This document shows positions 8,004-17,773 of a stretch of 39,106 nucleotides of DNA, in pieces. Made by a program: the position numbers and the translations under genes. How positions within the stretch are numbered: position 1 is the first letter of the stretch; each line of letters opens with the position of its first letter. The notes below the pieces were generated by a model. That model worked only from the letters and a program-made list of their open reading frames with translations, did no database searches and was not told the DNA's origin. The stretch is from Spirochaetota bacterium (GTDB taxonomy: Bacteria > Spirochaetota > Spirochaetia > Treponematales > UBA12059): the NCBI GenBank assembly GCA_022703215.1, contig JAKLEE010000002.1, positions 1-39,106 of the forward strand, read 5' to 3'.

Positions 8004-9316
8004 AGGTCGAATCTCCTCGCCGAAACCGCCAGCGCGAGGCCTACGCCGATCAGCGCGGTCCAGAGGGACGAGCCTCCGTAGGAAAGGAAAAATAGGGGGA
8101 TGCCGGTGATCGGCATGATGCCCATGGCCATGCCGACGTTGATTATGAAGTGGAAGAAAATCATGCCAGCCACGCCGGAGACCACGTAGGCCGCGTAGGC
8201 GCTCTTCAGGCTCCGGAGCAGCACCACGCATCGCGCCAGCAGGAGGAAGAACAGGAAGAATACGATGACGCCGCCCACGAGACCCCATTCTTCGGACAGG
8301 ATGGAGAAGATGAAGTCGGTGCTCTGCTGCGGCAGGTAGCGGTAATGGCTCTGGGTGCCCTGCAGGAATCCGCGGCCGCCGAGTCCGCCGGAGCCGATGG
8401 CCGTGATGGACTGCAGGATGTTCCAGCCCGAACCGCGCGGATCTACCGAGGGGTCGAGGAAGACTATCAAGCGCATCACCTGGTATTCCTTCAGGACCAT
8501 CCGTCCGACCAGCGCGGCTATGAGGGACGCGACCAGGAGAAGCGACGAGTAGGCGATCCAGTAATAATACCGCCTGCGCCCGAACAGGAACCCGAGGGTC
8601 GAGAGGGCGAAGACGCCCGCGAGCCCGCCGATGAGCAACCACGAGCGCGGCGGTTCGTAGAACACCGAGAGCCAGACCGACGGCGCGTCGGCGATTACCG
8701 TCTCGTAGAGCGGAAGCACCGCGAAGCCCAGGGTCAAGACGGCCAAAAGGCCCACGAAGGCGACGTATCTGGTCTCGATGCCTCCGATCCAGGCCATCAC
8801 GAGGAAGATGGGCAGGAAGACGAGCGAGGTGCCGAAATCGGGCTGGGCGAGGATGAAGGCCATGGGGACGGCGGCCAGGGCGAAAGCCTTGACGAAACGG
8901 CCGAAGCGGTCAGGGTCGTGACGCGAGTCGGCCAGATACTTGGCGAGCATGAGGATCGCGGCGATCTTGGTGAACTCGGATGGCTGCACGCCGATTTCGC
9001 CCACCCCGATCCAGGAGCGGGCGCCGTTCACCACGCGCCCGAATAGCCGCGTGTAAACCAGGGCCGCGAGGGAGGCTGCATAGAACCAGGGCGCCAGGTC
9101 GCGCCAGCGCTTCCAGTCGACGATGATCACCGCTGCGAGCAGGACCAGGCCCGTAGCGACCCAGACGAGCTGCTTGAGCCATTCATTCGAGACGACCAGT
9201 CCTTCGCTCGTCACGCCCGAGGAATAGATGAACAGCACGCCGGCGCCCATCAGGAATATCACCGGAGCCAGGATCCACCAGTCGATGTCGGCGAGCGAGC
9301 GTCCCGAGATAGCCAT
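8000..9316 (-). CDS. rodA: peptidoglycan glycosyltransferase RodA (SEDS family)
   Basis: The track ORF was trimmed to the ATG at 9316 (MAISGRSLADIDWWILAPVIFLMGAGVLFIYSS). It is a polytopic FtsW/RodA/SpoVE-type sequence, located directly downstream of PBP2 with a TGATG overlap. Confidence 0.9.
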   Translation of the reverse strand: MAISGRSLADIDWWILAPVIFLMGAGVLFIYSSGVTSEGLVVSNEWLKQLVWVATGLVLLAAVIIVDWKRWRDLAPWFYAASLAALVYTRLFGRVVNGARSWIGVGEIGVQPSEFTKIAAILMLAKYLADSRHDPDRFGRFVKAFALAAVPMAFILAQPDFGTSLVFLPIFLVMAWIGGIETRYVAFVGLLAVLTLGFAVLPLYETVIADAPSVWLSVFYEPPRSWLLIGGLAGVFALSTLGFLFGRRRYYYWIAYSSLLLVASLIAALVGRMVLKEYQVMRLIVFLDPSVDPRGSGWNILQSITAIGSGGLGGRGFLQGTQSHYRYLPQQSTDFIFSILSEEWGLVGGVIVFFLFFLLLARCVVLLRSLKSAYAAYVVSGVAGMIFFHFIINVGMAMGIMPITGIPLFFLSYGGSSLWTALIGVGLALAVSARRFDL

Positions 9317-11193
9317 CACTCCATCCTCGAAGCGCTCGGCTTCGCTATCCAGCCCATGCCGAGCGCGGCCACGGCTTCGTCGTAGGTCTGCCCGGAGAAC
9401 CAGCCCTGGTGGATGATGTTGGTCGCGTAGGTCGCCCACCACTCCCAAGGGTTCGAGGCTTCCACCATCACCACCACCACGATCACGTCCTCCGGATTTT
9501 CGGCATCATAGGGAGCCCACGAGGCGAGCCACGAGTGCCATCGGTCCGGCAGGCCGACCTCGGCGGTGCCGGTCTTGCCCGCGACCTCCACGGCCTTGGT
9601 GTTGATCGCGTACCGGGCGGTACCCTCGGTGATGACGCCGCGCAAGGCGCTCCGGACCTCGGCGTAGACGGCCGGATCGGTGCGCGAGCGCGCTATCGCC
9701 TCGGGCTCCACCCGGGAGACCACTGCGCCCGTTGAGGCGTCGCGCACTTCCTTGAGCACGTGCGGCCGGTAGATCACGCCGTCGTTCACGATCATGGCGT
9801 AGGAGTTGGCCACCTGCAGGGGCGTGGCGAGCGTGAAGCCCTGGCCGATGGAGACGTTCATCGTGTCGCCCGCCAGCCACTTCTCGTGGAAACGCCGTTC
9901 CTTCCATTGCGGCGTCGGGATGAATCCGTCGACCTCGCCCGGCAGGTCGATGCCCGAGGCGGTTCCAAGCCCGAACTCCGAGGCATACGCCACGATCCGC
10001 TCTATGCCGAGGTTGTCGCGGCCGACCACCCAGAAGTAGATGTCGCAGGACTGCTCGAGCGCCTCCTCGAGATTCACCTTGCCGTGGCCGGGGTGGACGT
10101 TCCAGCAGCGCCAGACGCGCTCGCCGTAGGAAATCTGCCCTTCGCAGAGGACGTCCTTGTCGGGGGAAACCGATTCCTCCTCGAGGATGGCGGTCGTCAT
10201 GATTGCCTTGAAGGTCGAGGCGGGAGGATAGCTCGACTGGATGGCGCGGTTGATGAGCGGATTGCGCGAATCGGCGAGCAGTGCCGCGTACACGTTGTTG
10301 CCCCCGGCCCCGATGAAAAGGTTGGGATCGTACGACGGATAGGAAACGAGGGCCAGCACCTCGCCCGTGGCGGGCTTGAGCACAACGACCGAACCCATGC
10401 GCTCTCCGAGCGCGTCCTCAGCGAGCTCCTGCATGCGTCGGTCGATGGAGAGTACGAGGTTGCTACCCATGACCGGCTGGTCGACGGCGCGGTTCGAACG
10501 GGTGACCGCGCGACCCCGGACGTCGACCACGGAGTACTCCCGTCCGTCCTTGCCACGGAGCAGGGCATCGTATTGCTTCTCGATTCCGGCCTTCCCGACG
10601 AGATCGCCCGTCTTGTAGCCTTTGTTGTAGAGAACCTTGAGTTCCTCGCGCGTGATGTCCCCGACGTAGCCGAGTATGTGCGAGAACGAGCCGGAGACCG
10701 CGTAGGAACGCTTGGGTTCCGCGCGCCAGACCACACCCGGGAATTCATCCGCGCGCTCGGCGAGCGCGGTCACCGTCCCGTATTCGACCGCCTGGGCCAG
10801 CTCGATGGGCTGGTAGAGGTGGTAGTAGGCCGGAGGCACCTTGGCGCGGAGCTCGTCGACCGGCTGGTCGAGCACGACGGCCAGCTTCTGGAACACGGTG
10901 TCGCGCAGGGCTGCCGGCAGCTCGGCGGGGACGAGGTCCACGGCGAACGAATCGATGTTGAGCACGAGGGGGCTCGACACGTTGCGGTCGAAAATCTCTC
11001 CGCGCTGCGCGGGAATCGTGGTTGTCTGCCGGGCGATGGTGGAGGCCATGGCGCGGTATTCGACGCCGCGCCTGATCTGGAGGTCGAACAGGTGGATCGC
11101 GTACACGGCGAAGACCGCGCCGATCAGCGCGAGGAGGATGGTCGCGCGGCGCGGATCGACCGCTTGGTCCCCGGTCTTGTTCAGGTCGCTCAA
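9316..11193 (-). CDS. mrdA: penicillin-binding protein 2 (elongasome transpeptidase)
   Basis: There is an N-terminal TM anchor. Transpeptidase motifs are STFK, SCD (an SxN-type variant) and KTGT. The TTG start overlaps the mreD stop (TTGA). Position between mreD and rodA. Confidence 0.92.
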   Translation of the reverse strand: MSDLNKTGDQAVDPRRATILLALIGAVFAVYAIHLFDLQIRRGVEYRAMASTIARQTTTIPAQRGEIFDRNVSSPLVLNIDSFAVDLVPAELPAALRDTVFQKLAVVLDQPVDELRAKVPPAYYHLYQPIELAQAVEYGTVTALAERADEFPGVVWRAEPKRSYAVSGSFSHILGYVGDITREELKVLYNKGYKTGDLVGKAGIEKQYDALLRGKDGREYSVVDVRGRAVTRSNRAVDQPVMGSNLVLSIDRRMQELAEDALGERMGSVVVLKPATGEVLALVSYPSYDPNLFIGAGGNNVYAALLADSRNPLINRAIQSSYPPASTFKAIMTTAILEEESVSPDKDVLCEGQISYGERVWRCWNVHPGHGKVNLEEALEQSCDIYFWVVGRDNLGIERIVAYASEFGLGTASGIDLPGEVDGFIPTPQWKERRFHEKWLAGDTMNVSIGQGFTLATPLQVANSYAMIVNDGVIYRPHVLKEVRDASTGAVVSRVEPEAIARSRTDPAVYAEVRSALRGVITEGTARYAINTKAVEVAGKTGTAEVGLPDRWHSWLASWAPYDAENPEDVIVVVVMVEASNPWEWWATYATNIIHQGWFSGQTYDEAVAALGMGWIAKPSASRME

Positions 11194-11696
11194 TATCCTC
11201 TCCGGGGGGTCACGAGGAGCGGCCCGAGAACGCCGAGCCCGAGGAAGAGGAACGGCGCCGCCACGGCGTTGTAGGCCACCTCGATCCAGAGGGCGGAACC
11301 GAGGAAATCGTATGCGGCCACATGGTCGGGAAACAGCAGGGCGGCGGCGGATATCGCGAGCGCTTTGAAAAGCGTGGCCGATGCCGCGAGGACCACGGGA
11401 AGGAGCACCCGGTCGGCGAAGATCTTGCCCGATGCGAGGGCGTAGGTGAAACCGACCAGGGTGCGGACCAGGGCATTCAGGCCGAGCGGCGCCGCCGACA
11501 ACGCGTCCTGCGCGAGGCCGGAGACAAAGCCCGTGAGCTGTCCTTCCGGACCGGTATTCCGGAACGAGACGTACACAAGCACGACGAGGGCCAGGTCCGG
11601 CACGACCGAAAGAACCTCGATCGAACGGAGCCAGGTGCCCTGCGCGTACACGCAGAGCACCGAGACCAGACTCGAAACCACTACCGATCTCAGCAC
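11190..11696 (-). CDS. mreD: rod shape-determining protein MreD
   Basis: A 168-aa polytopic membrane protein immediately after mreC (4-nt gap), with a GTG start. The call rests on position in the mreBCD order and its hydrophobic profile. Confidence 0.8.
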   Translation of the reverse strand: MLRSVVVSSLVSVLCVYAQGTWLRSIEVLSVVPDLALVVLVYVSFRNTGPEGQLTGFVSGLAQDALSAAPLGLNALVRTLVGFTYALASGKIFADRVLLPVVLAASATLFKALAISAAALLFPDHVAAYDFLGSALWIEVAYNAVAAPFLFLGLGVLGPLLVTPRRGY

Positions 11697-11700
11697 GCCA

Positions 11701-12555
11701 TCATCCTTCGGGGGCGGTTTCGGGGAAAACCACGAACAGGTATTCGAGCCGGTTGAAATCGACCACGGGTTCTATGTCGATGTCGATCGAGGTCTGGTAA
11801 TCCGTGATGTGGAGCCGCGCCACCCGGCCGATCACCACATCCGGCGGATAGAGCGAATGGAAGCCGGTGGTGACCACGAGATCGCCGTACTGGATCTCGT
11901 CCTTGGCGCGTTTCTTGACGTAGCGCATGAACAGAGGCGAATCGCTGCCCGCCCCTCCGACGAGGCCTTCGTAGCGGGTGCGCTCGAGGCGCGCGGAAAC
12001 GAAGGACGCGACGTCGTAGAGCGGGCTCACGATGGAGCTTGTCCGTCCGACCTCCACGACGCGGCCGACCAGGCCCTCGTTGCCATCCGAGTAGGCGATG
12101 ACCGGCAGGTTCTTCCGTATTCCGTCGACGGAGCCCTTGTCGATGACGAACGACGAATACAGGTTGTCCGGATCTCGGGCGGTCACGCGGGCGGCGATCT
12201 TGCGGTATTTCACCCGCTCCGCGAAGCCGAGGAGGTTCGAAAGCCGCTCGTTCTCGCGCCTGAGCTCGGCGTAGCCGCGTTCGAGCGATTCGAAGCGCTC
12301 CAGCCTTTCGAGCAGGGCCTCGTGGCTCCGCCGCAAGTCGCGCAGTTCACCGACCGCGGAAACCGTGTCTCCGACGAACGAACCGATGGCGGCAAAACCC
12401 TGCTGGAAAAAACCCAGGACCGATAGCCCCAGGCGCTCCGGCAGTCCGGTCAGGGCCCTCGTGGAGAGCAGGAGCATTACCACGGAGACCGACGAAAGCA
12501 GCGCGAGGACGAGCGACTTCCGCCTGAGATCCCCGGCCGGGGCGCGGGAACGCAT
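11701..12555 (-). CDS. mreC: rod shape-determining protein MreC
   Basis: Track ORF 11701..13260 was trimmed to the ATG at 12555 ([22 protein letters not shown]...), because the upstream part overlaps mreB out of frame. The protein has a TM segment, a coiled coil (ELRDLRRSHEALLERLERFESLERGYAELRRENERL) and a beta-rich C-domain. The start overlaps the mreB stop (TGATG). Confidence 0.88.
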   Translation of the reverse strand: MRSRAPAGDLRRKSLVLALLSSVSVVMLLLSTRALTGLPERLGLSVLGFFQQGFAAIGSFVGDTVSAVGELRDLRRSHEALLERLERFESLERGYAELRRENERLSNLLGFAERVKYRKIAARVTARDPDNLYSSFVIDKGSVDGIRKNLPVIAYSDGNEGLVGRVVEVGRTSSIVSPLYDVASFVSARLERTRYEGLVGGAGSDSPLFMRYVKKRAKDEIQYGDLVVTTGFHSLYPPDVVIGRVARLHITDYQTSIDIDIEPVVDFNRLEYLFVVFPETAPEG

Positions 12556-13589
12556 CAGTAACCCATGCCGCCGTAGGGGCCGATGCCGTCCTGGCTCTTC
12601 ATCGTCTCCCAGTACTTGCCGGAACCGATGGCGACGCATTCGAGCGGGCGCTCGGCGAGGATCACCGGCACTCCGGTCTCCTTGGCGATGAGCTTGGGCA
12701 GGCCCTTGAGAAGGCTGCCGCCTCCCGCCATGACGATGCCCCGCTCCACGATGTCGGCGGCGAGCTCCGGCGGGGTCTGGCCGAGCGTGCGCTTGATTTC
12801 GTCCACGATCTGGTTGATAGGCTCCTGGAGCGCCTCGCGGACCTCGACCGAGTCGATCTCGAGCCTGCGCGGCAGCCCGGTGATGGCGTCGGTGCCCTTG
12901 ATCTCCACCTTCTCGATCACCTTCTCGGGGCTGGCGTTGCCGATCTCCATCTTGAGCCGCTCGGCGGTCTGTTCGCCGATGATCAGGTTGTGGACGTTGC
13001 GGATGTGGCGGATGATCGCCTCGTCGAATTCGTCGCCCCCGATGCGCACGGCGTTGGTCACCACCATGCCCTTGAGCGAGATGACGGAAATTTCCGTGGT
13101 ACCGCCGCCGATGTCGCAGATCATGTGGCCGGCGGGTTCGTGGATCGGGATTTCGGCGCCGATGGCCGCGGCCAGCGACTCGAAGATCACCTTGACGTCG
13201 CGGGCTCCCGCCTTGTACGCGGCGTCCTCGACGGCGCGTCGTTCCACCTCGGTGATGCACGAGGGGATGCCGATGACCATGCGCGGTTTCACGAACCAGC
13301 GGCGCGGGATGACCTTCTGGATAAAATATCGGATCATCTTCTCGGTGGTGTCCGGATCCGCGATGACCCCGTCCCGGAGCGGCCGAATTGCGATGATGTC
13401 GCCGGGGGTCTTCCAGAGCATGCGCTTGGCCTCGGAGCCGACCGCGACGACGCGCTTGGTCCCGCGCTCCACGGCCACGACCGAAGGCTCGTTGATGACT
13501 ATGCCCTTTCCCCGGGCGTAGATGAGTGTATTGCAGGTTCCGAGGTCTATCCCGATGTCGAGCGACAGGCTGTCGAACAGTTTGCCCAT
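12555..13589 (-). CDS. mreB: rod shape-determining actin homologue MreB
   Basis: [41 protein letters not shown] and the overall 344-aa length match MreB. GGAGGA RBS lies upstream of the ATG. Confidence 0.96.
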   Translation of the reverse strand: MGKLFDSLSLDIGIDLGTCNTLIYARGKGIVINEPSVVAVERGTKRVVAVGSEAKRMLWKTPGDIIAIRPLRDGVIADPDTTEKMIRYFIQKVIPRRWFVKPRMVIGIPSCITEVERRAVEDAAYKAGARDVKVIFESLAAAIGAEIPIHEPAGHMICDIGGGTTEISVISLKGMVVTNAVRIGGDEFDEAIIRHIRNVHNLIIGEQTAERLKMEIGNASPEKVIEKVEIKGTDAITGLPRRLEIDSVEVREALQEPINQIVDEIKRTLGQTPPELAADIVERGIVMAGGGSLLKGLPKLIAKETGVPVILAERPLECVAIGSGKYWETMKSQDGIGPYGGMGY

Positions 13590-13617
13590 TTGATCCTCCG
13601 TGGATGCTGCGATGCGT

Positions 13618-14583
13618 TCAGGGTCGTTCCGCGAGTTTCTGTCGCGCGCCGGTGTGTACGGGGTCTATCGAAACCGCTTTCCGCCATTCTGCGCGGGCGA
13701 GCGCCGGATCGCCGGCCTTTTGGAAGAGAAGGCCGAGCCTGTAATGCGCCTCGGCGGATTCCGGATTGTCCTCGAGGACGGCACGGTATTGCGCCTCGGC
13801 CTGGTCCGCAGCTCCCCGCGCCTCGAGGAGCTCGCCCAGGAAGAACCTGCACAGCTCGCGGACGAAAGCGTCGGCGGAGACGGAAAGCGATTCCATAGCG
13901 AGCTCTTCCGCTTCCTCGTCCATTCCGAGCTCGGCCCGCACGCGAGCCGCGGCCAGGAGGAGCGTGTCGGTCCGACGTTCGGCCAAGGCCCGGTCGAAGA
14001 ACTCCAGGGCCCGATCGTCCATGCCGAGCCCCTCGTAGGCGAGCGCCACGTGTTCCCACGCGTCCGCGGCCGTGTAGCCGGACGCGGACGCGGCGAGCAG
14101 GGACTCGACCGCTTCGCCATACCAGGCACTTCCCTTCCGGTAATAGGCCTTTCCGAGCACGTAGAGCGCGCGGGCACGGTAGGGAGTGCCATCGACCAGG
14201 AGCACCTTGCGCAGATGGGCTATGGCCGCGTCCATGTCGGCGAGCCTGGCTTCCTCATCGTCCTGCGAAATGCCGCGATAGAAGGACGCGAAACCCGCCA
14301 GCGAGAGCAGGACCGGATCGAGGGGTTCGCGTTCGAGTCCGTCCTCGCAGACGGCGAGCGTGCCCGGCAGGTCTCCGGACTCCCACGTCTCGAGGGCCAG
14401 AACGCGCGCGCGGACCGCCTGCTTGCGCTCTCCGATGACGCCGATCAGGCGTGGCGCCCCGAACGCCGTGGCCGCCGCGAGCAGGAGCGCTCCAACGACG
14501 AGCACGACGGCTACCGCGCCTCGGCGACGATGGGATGAGGAGCCGAGCTGTACGGTCGGGGCGTTGCGCGGGTAGAATTCCAT
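13618..14583 (-). CDS. membrane-anchored TPR repeat protein, first gene of the mreB operon
   Basis: The track start (GTG 14610) was trimmed to ATG 14583, because a promoter-like element occupies 14601-14629. There is an N-terminal TM ([19 protein letters not shown]) and multiple TPR-like repeats ([32 protein letters not shown]). Confidence 0.75.
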   Translation of the reverse strand: MEFYPRNAPTVQLGSSSHRRRGAVAVVLVVGALLLAAATAFGAPRLIGVIGERKQAVRARVLALETWESGDLPGTLAVCEDGLEREPLDPVLLSLAGFASFYRGISQDDEEARLADMDAAIAHLRKVLLVDGTPYRARALYVLGKAYYRKGSAWYGEAVESLLAASASGYTAADAWEHVALAYEGLGMDDRALEFFDRALAERRTDTLLLAAARVRAELGMDEEAEELAMESLSVSADAFVRELCRFFLGELLEARGAADQAEAQYRAVLEDNPESAEAHYRLGLLFQKAGDPALARAEWRKAVSIDPVHTGARQKLAERP

Positions 14584-14600
14584 GGATATCCGTCGAGGTC

Positions 14601-14629
14601 GTTTTACCACGCGCGGGAGCTAAAGTCAA
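14601..14629 (-). promoter_or_regulatory. putative sigma70-type promoter of the TPR-mreBCD-mrdA-rodA operon
   Basis: The minus strand reads TTGACT-N17-TAAAAC, ending about 18 nt upstream of the ATG at 14583. The sequence was confirmed through the translation of track ORF 14451..14699. Confidence 0.4.
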
Positions 14630-14630
14630 T

Positions 14631-14674
14631 GAAAGGGAAAGGCCGTCGCGCGGCGGTGAAGCCGCGCGACGGCC
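14631..14674 (-). terminator. intrinsic terminator downstream of rnpB
   Basis: A perfect 14-bp GC stem (GGCCGUCGCGCGGC / GCCGCGCGACGGCC) with a 6-nt loop is followed on the minus strand by UUUCCCUUUC. Confidence 0.55.
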
Positions 14675-14683
14675 GGGAAAAAA

Positions 14684-15108
14684 GAAGGCGGGCCTGTAAG
14701 CCGGGTTCTGTCCCCTTTCGGGGCGCCGTCATCCATCTGGGGTTCCGGTCGCCCGGAACCTCCGCGCGGCCTACCCGCGGGACGCGGAGCCCGAAGGCTC
14801 CGCCGGACCGGCGGTCCTCCCGCTGCTCGGCCTTGCTCGCGGCGAGGCTTGCAATGCCGCCGCCGTTGCCGGCGGCGCGGTGGGCTCTTACCCCGCCTTT
14901 TCACCCTTGCCGTCGTTCCGCGCGAACGCGGAACGCTTGGGCGGTTCGCTTTCTGTTGCGCTGTCTGTCGCGCGCCGGCCGGAAGACCCGAAAGCCCCCC
15001 TTCCGCCGCGCGCCCGGTGATTACCCGGCGCCGCGCCTTCGCGAGCCCGGACTTTCCTCCCCGCGGAGCGCCTGAGCGCTCCGCGAAGCGACGACACGGC
15101 CCGCCTTC
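14684..15108 (-). ncRNA. rnpB: RNase P RNA, bacterial type A
   Basis: The minus strand carries the universal P4 halves GGAGGAAAGUCCGGGCUC (rc of about 15043-15060) and GACAGAACCCGGCUUAC (rc of about 14694-14710). It also has CAAGGGUGAAAAGGCGGGGUAAGAGCCCACC, matching the E. coli GGGUGAAAGGGUGCGGUAAGAGCGCACC region. A perfect 11-bp P1 forms between GAAGGCGGGCC (15108-15098) and GGCCCGCCUUC (14694-14684). A P3-like hairpin is CGCGGAGCGC-UCAG-GCGCUCCGCG. Confidence 0.92.
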
Positions 15109-15113
15109 AATAA

Positions 15114-15974
15114 TTACTCGTCATGCTCCTCGCCTTCGTCCTTCTCCGAATCGTCGTCACCCTCGTCGTAGGAGTCATCCTCCCCTTCCTCGGAGAAATC
15201 GTCGAGATCGGCCAGGCTGCCGGACTCGATCTCGGCCACGAGCTCGTCGTCAGAACCGTCCAGGCGCTCCTCGTACTGGAGCACGCGGCTGCAGTAGGGG
15301 CAGAAGATGATCTTGTTCCCCTGGCGCACCTCGTTGACGAAATGGGCGGGAAGGATCATCGAGCAACCGGTGCAGACGTAGCCGCGGACCGGCACGATGC
15401 CGACGCCCTGCTTGGAGCGGATGATGCGCTCGAATTTGAAGATGACGTCGGCGTCGAGGCCGTCGGTGGCGTCCAGCTCGTCGGCCCTGAGGCGCTCCAC
15501 GCTCTGGCGCATGCCGGAGGTCTCCTGCTCGATTTTCTGGCGCTTCTCGGTGACCTCGCCCTCCTGGAGCTGGATCATGGCCTCCGACTTGCGCAGCTCG
15601 GCTTCGGCTTCCGTCAGGGCGCGCTCCTCGCGCTGGAGCTCCTTGCGGAGGTTCTGCTCGAGGTCGGTGGCGTCGCGGATCTCCTTGTTGAGCGCTTCGT
15701 ACTCGCGCTGCGTGGAGATCACGTCCATCTGCTTCTCGGCTTTCTCCCGGGCGGCTTCCGCTTCGGCGAGGCGGTTCCGCAGGTCGGACACGCGCGCGGT
15801 GGCCTCCTCGAACTCGGCATTGCGCTCGAGGTAGGTCTTCTTGACGCGGGCGAGGAGTTCCTCCTGCGCGTTCAGCGACTTCGGGACCTCATGGATCTCG
15901 CGCTCGATCTGGACGCGCTCGGTGAGGATCTCCTGGAACTTGCGGAGCCTCGTGAAGACTTCTTCCATTAACAT
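15114..15974 (-). CDS. COG1579/DUF164-type coiled-coil + C4 zinc-ribbon protein (HP0958-like) with poly-acidic C-terminal tail
   Basis: A long heptad-rich coiled coil is followed by CTGCSMILPAHFVNEVRQGNKIIFCPYCSRVL (CxxC...CxxC), then about 50 aa rich in D/E. GAGGTG RBS lies upstream of the ATG at 15974. Confidence 0.85.
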   Translation of the reverse strand: MLMEEVFTRLRKFQEILTERVQIEREIHEVPKSLNAQEELLARVKKTYLERNAEFEEATARVSDLRNRLAEAEAAREKAEKQMDVISTQREYEALNKEIRDATDLEQNLRKELQREERALTEAEAELRKSEAMIQLQEGEVTEKRQKIEQETSGMRQSVERLRADELDATDGLDADVIFKFERIIRSKQGVGIVPVRGYVCTGCSMILPAHFVNEVRQGNKIIFCPYCSRVLQYEERLDGSDDELVAEIESGSLADLDDFSEEGEDDSYDEGDDDSEKDEGEEHDE

Positions 15975-16048
15975 GTATGGTCACCTCGCTTGGATTCTGG
16001 TCTCGCGGAGGACGATCCGTCGCCCGTCCCAGCCGGCCCGAGGGCCGG

Positions 16049-17773
16049 TCAGTGGTCCATGTAGTCGCGGAGCTTCTGGCTCCGCTTGAAGTGCCGGAGC
16101 TTCTTGAGCGCCTTCGCCTCGATCTGGCGGATGCGCTCCCTGGTGACGTTGAAATAGAGCCCGACTTCCTCGAGCGTCAGCGAGTACCCGTCGTCGAGGC
16201 CGAAACGCATCCGCAGCACTTCCTGCTCGCGCGGCGGCAGCGTGGCGAGGACCGAGCGGATCTGCTCCTGAAGGAGCTTGTAATCGGTCTGGACCGAGGG
16301 GTTCTCGATCTCCTTGTCCTCGATGAAGTCGCCGAGCAGGCTGTCCTCGTCCTCGCCGATGGGCGTCTCGAGGGATATCGGCTCGCGTGCCACGTTCTTG
16401 ACGCTCTTGACGCGGGTGACCGGCCAGCCGAGCTGCTGGGCCACTTCCTCGTCCGTGGGTTCGCGGCCGAGCTTCTGCATCAGTTGCCGCGACTCGCGCA
16501 CCACCTTGTTGATCTGCTCGATCATGTGCACCGGCACGCGGATGGTGCGGGCCTGGTCCGAGATCGAGCGCGTGATGGCCTGGCGGATCCACCAGGTGGC
16601 GTAGGTCGAAAACTTGAAGCCCTTGCGGTACTCGAATTTCTCGACGGCCTTGATGAGGCCGATGTTGCCTTCCTGCACGAGGTCGAAGAAGTGGAGCCCG
16701 CGGTTGGTGTATTTCTTGGCGATCGAGACGACCAGGCGGAGGTTCGCCTTGATCAGGCGGTCCTTCGCGTTCTTCATCATGATCCGGCCGCGGTTGATTT
16801 CCTTGGCCATGACGATGATGCGGTCGCACTCCTCCTCGAAAGCGTACTCGAGCTCCTGCAGCTTGCGCTCGGTGGTCTGGATCTGGCGGATCCGCTCCTT
16901 GATCTCGTCGCTCGAAAGGCCGAGGTCCTCCTCGATCTTCTCGCGGCGCTCGCGGATGGTCAGGTTGCGGCCGAGGGCACGGAGCTCCTTGAAATTGGCG
17001 ACGCGCAGGGTGTTCTCGAGCCGCTCCTGCTCGCGGCGATATTTGCGGATCTTTTTCGCGGCGTTGATGAACTTCTCGGAGAAGGAGTTGATCTCTTCCG
17101 GATGGATCTCGGCCTCGCCGAGGCGGGCCAGGAGGGGAACGCGCAGCTCGGCCAGGGTGCCGTCGGAAGCGGGTTCGCCCCCGCGGGCGATGACCTTCTT
17201 CTTGGCCTCCATGTAATCCTTGAGGCCGGCATAGGTGTCCTTGAGGACGTCACGGTAGAACTGGTTGAGCCGCCGGCGCTCGGCGATCTTCTCTGTGTTC
17301 TCCTTGCGCTGGGGTCCGGACTCGCGCTTGGCCTTCACCGCGATGGTGTGGAACTCGGGGATCAGCATGCCGCAGTGGCGGATGATGCCCTTGATGATAT
17401 TCTCGCCCTCTTCCATCGTGGTCGAGAGGGAAACCTCCTGCTCGGCGGTCAGCAGGTGTTCCTTGCCGATCTCGCGGAGGTAGAGGCGGATGGGGTCGTC
17501 GACCGCCGATTCCTTGTCGTTGTAGACGAGCCGCTTCTTCTCGGCTTCCGCTTCCTTGACCGGAACCTCGTCCTCAAGCGACAGGTCCGATTCCTCGAGC
17601 TTGATATTGTTGCTCTCGAGGAGGGCGAGCACGCCGTCGATCTTGTCGGAATTGAGGACCGCCTCCGGAAGGAAGTCCGAGAGCTCGTCGAAGTTGATGG
17701 TCTTCTTCGACTTCGCGTACTCGAGGAGTTTGGCGATCGCAGGTTCCAGATCAAGATCGCTCATGCCGCTCAT
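16049..17773 (-). CDS. rpoD: RNA polymerase primary sigma factor RpoD
   Basis: All sigma70 regions are present: [59 protein letters not shown], the region 4.2 segment [24 protein letters not shown]. The start could be ATG 17773 or 17764. Confidence 0.97.
   Translation of the reverse strand: MSGMSDLDLEPAIAKLLEYAKSKKTINFDELSDFLPEAVLNSDKIDGVLALLESNNIKLEESDLSLEDEVPVKEAEAEKKRLVYNDKESAVDDPIRLYLREIGKEHLLTAEQEVSLSTTMEEGENIIKGIIRHCGMLIPEFHTIAVKAKRESGPQRKENTEKIAERRRLNQFYRDVLKDTYAGLKDYMEAKKKVIARGGEPASDGTLAELRVPLLARLGEAEIHPEEINSFSEKFINAAKKIRKYRREQERLENTLRVANFKELRALGRNLTIRERREKIEEDLGLSSDEIKERIRQIQTTERKLQELEYAFEEECDRIIVMAKEINRGRIMMKNAKDRLIKANLRLVVSIAKKYTNRGLHFFDLVQEGNIGLIKAVEKFEYRKGFKFSTYATWWIRQAITRSISDQARTIRVPVHMIEQINKVVRESRQLMQKLGREPTDEEVAQQLGWPVTRVKSVKNVAREPISLETPIGEDEDSLLGDFIEDKEIENPSVQTDYKLLQEQIRSVLATLPPREQEVLRMRFGLDDGYSLTLEEVGLYFNVTRERIRQIEAKALKKLRHFKRSQKLRDYMDH

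Noticed and set aside
5493-8642. Track ORFs carry long N-terminal extensions that would imply giant proteins or large overlaps. Examples: 5493..8642, 8000..9448, 11701..13260, 22630..25239, 31706..33379, 34864..37185, 36825..38210, 2120..4663.
   Set aside because: The extensions are Arg-rich junk that overlaps the upstream gene in another frame. In every case an internal ATG/GTG gives a family-typical N-terminus and a neat stop/start junction or RBS, so I trimmed the ORFs instead of reporting fusions.
11636-11700. I saw an apparent 1-nt frame discrepancy while hand-translating the 5' end of mreD from the printed sequence, near a C-run at about 11638-11641.
   Set aside because: Cross-checking with two independent track translations (mreD and the plus-strand ORF 11322..11756) showed that my reading of that line was shifted by one base. 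There is no frameshift or pseudogene. I note it as a caveat on hand-derived coordinates.
14629-15310. Protein ORFs are predicted across 14629..15075(+), 14849..15310(+), 14626..14904(-) and 14888..15097(-).
   Set aside because: This region is RNase P RNA, with universal P4 motifs and a P1 helix. The ORFs are artefacts of a GC-rich structured RNA.
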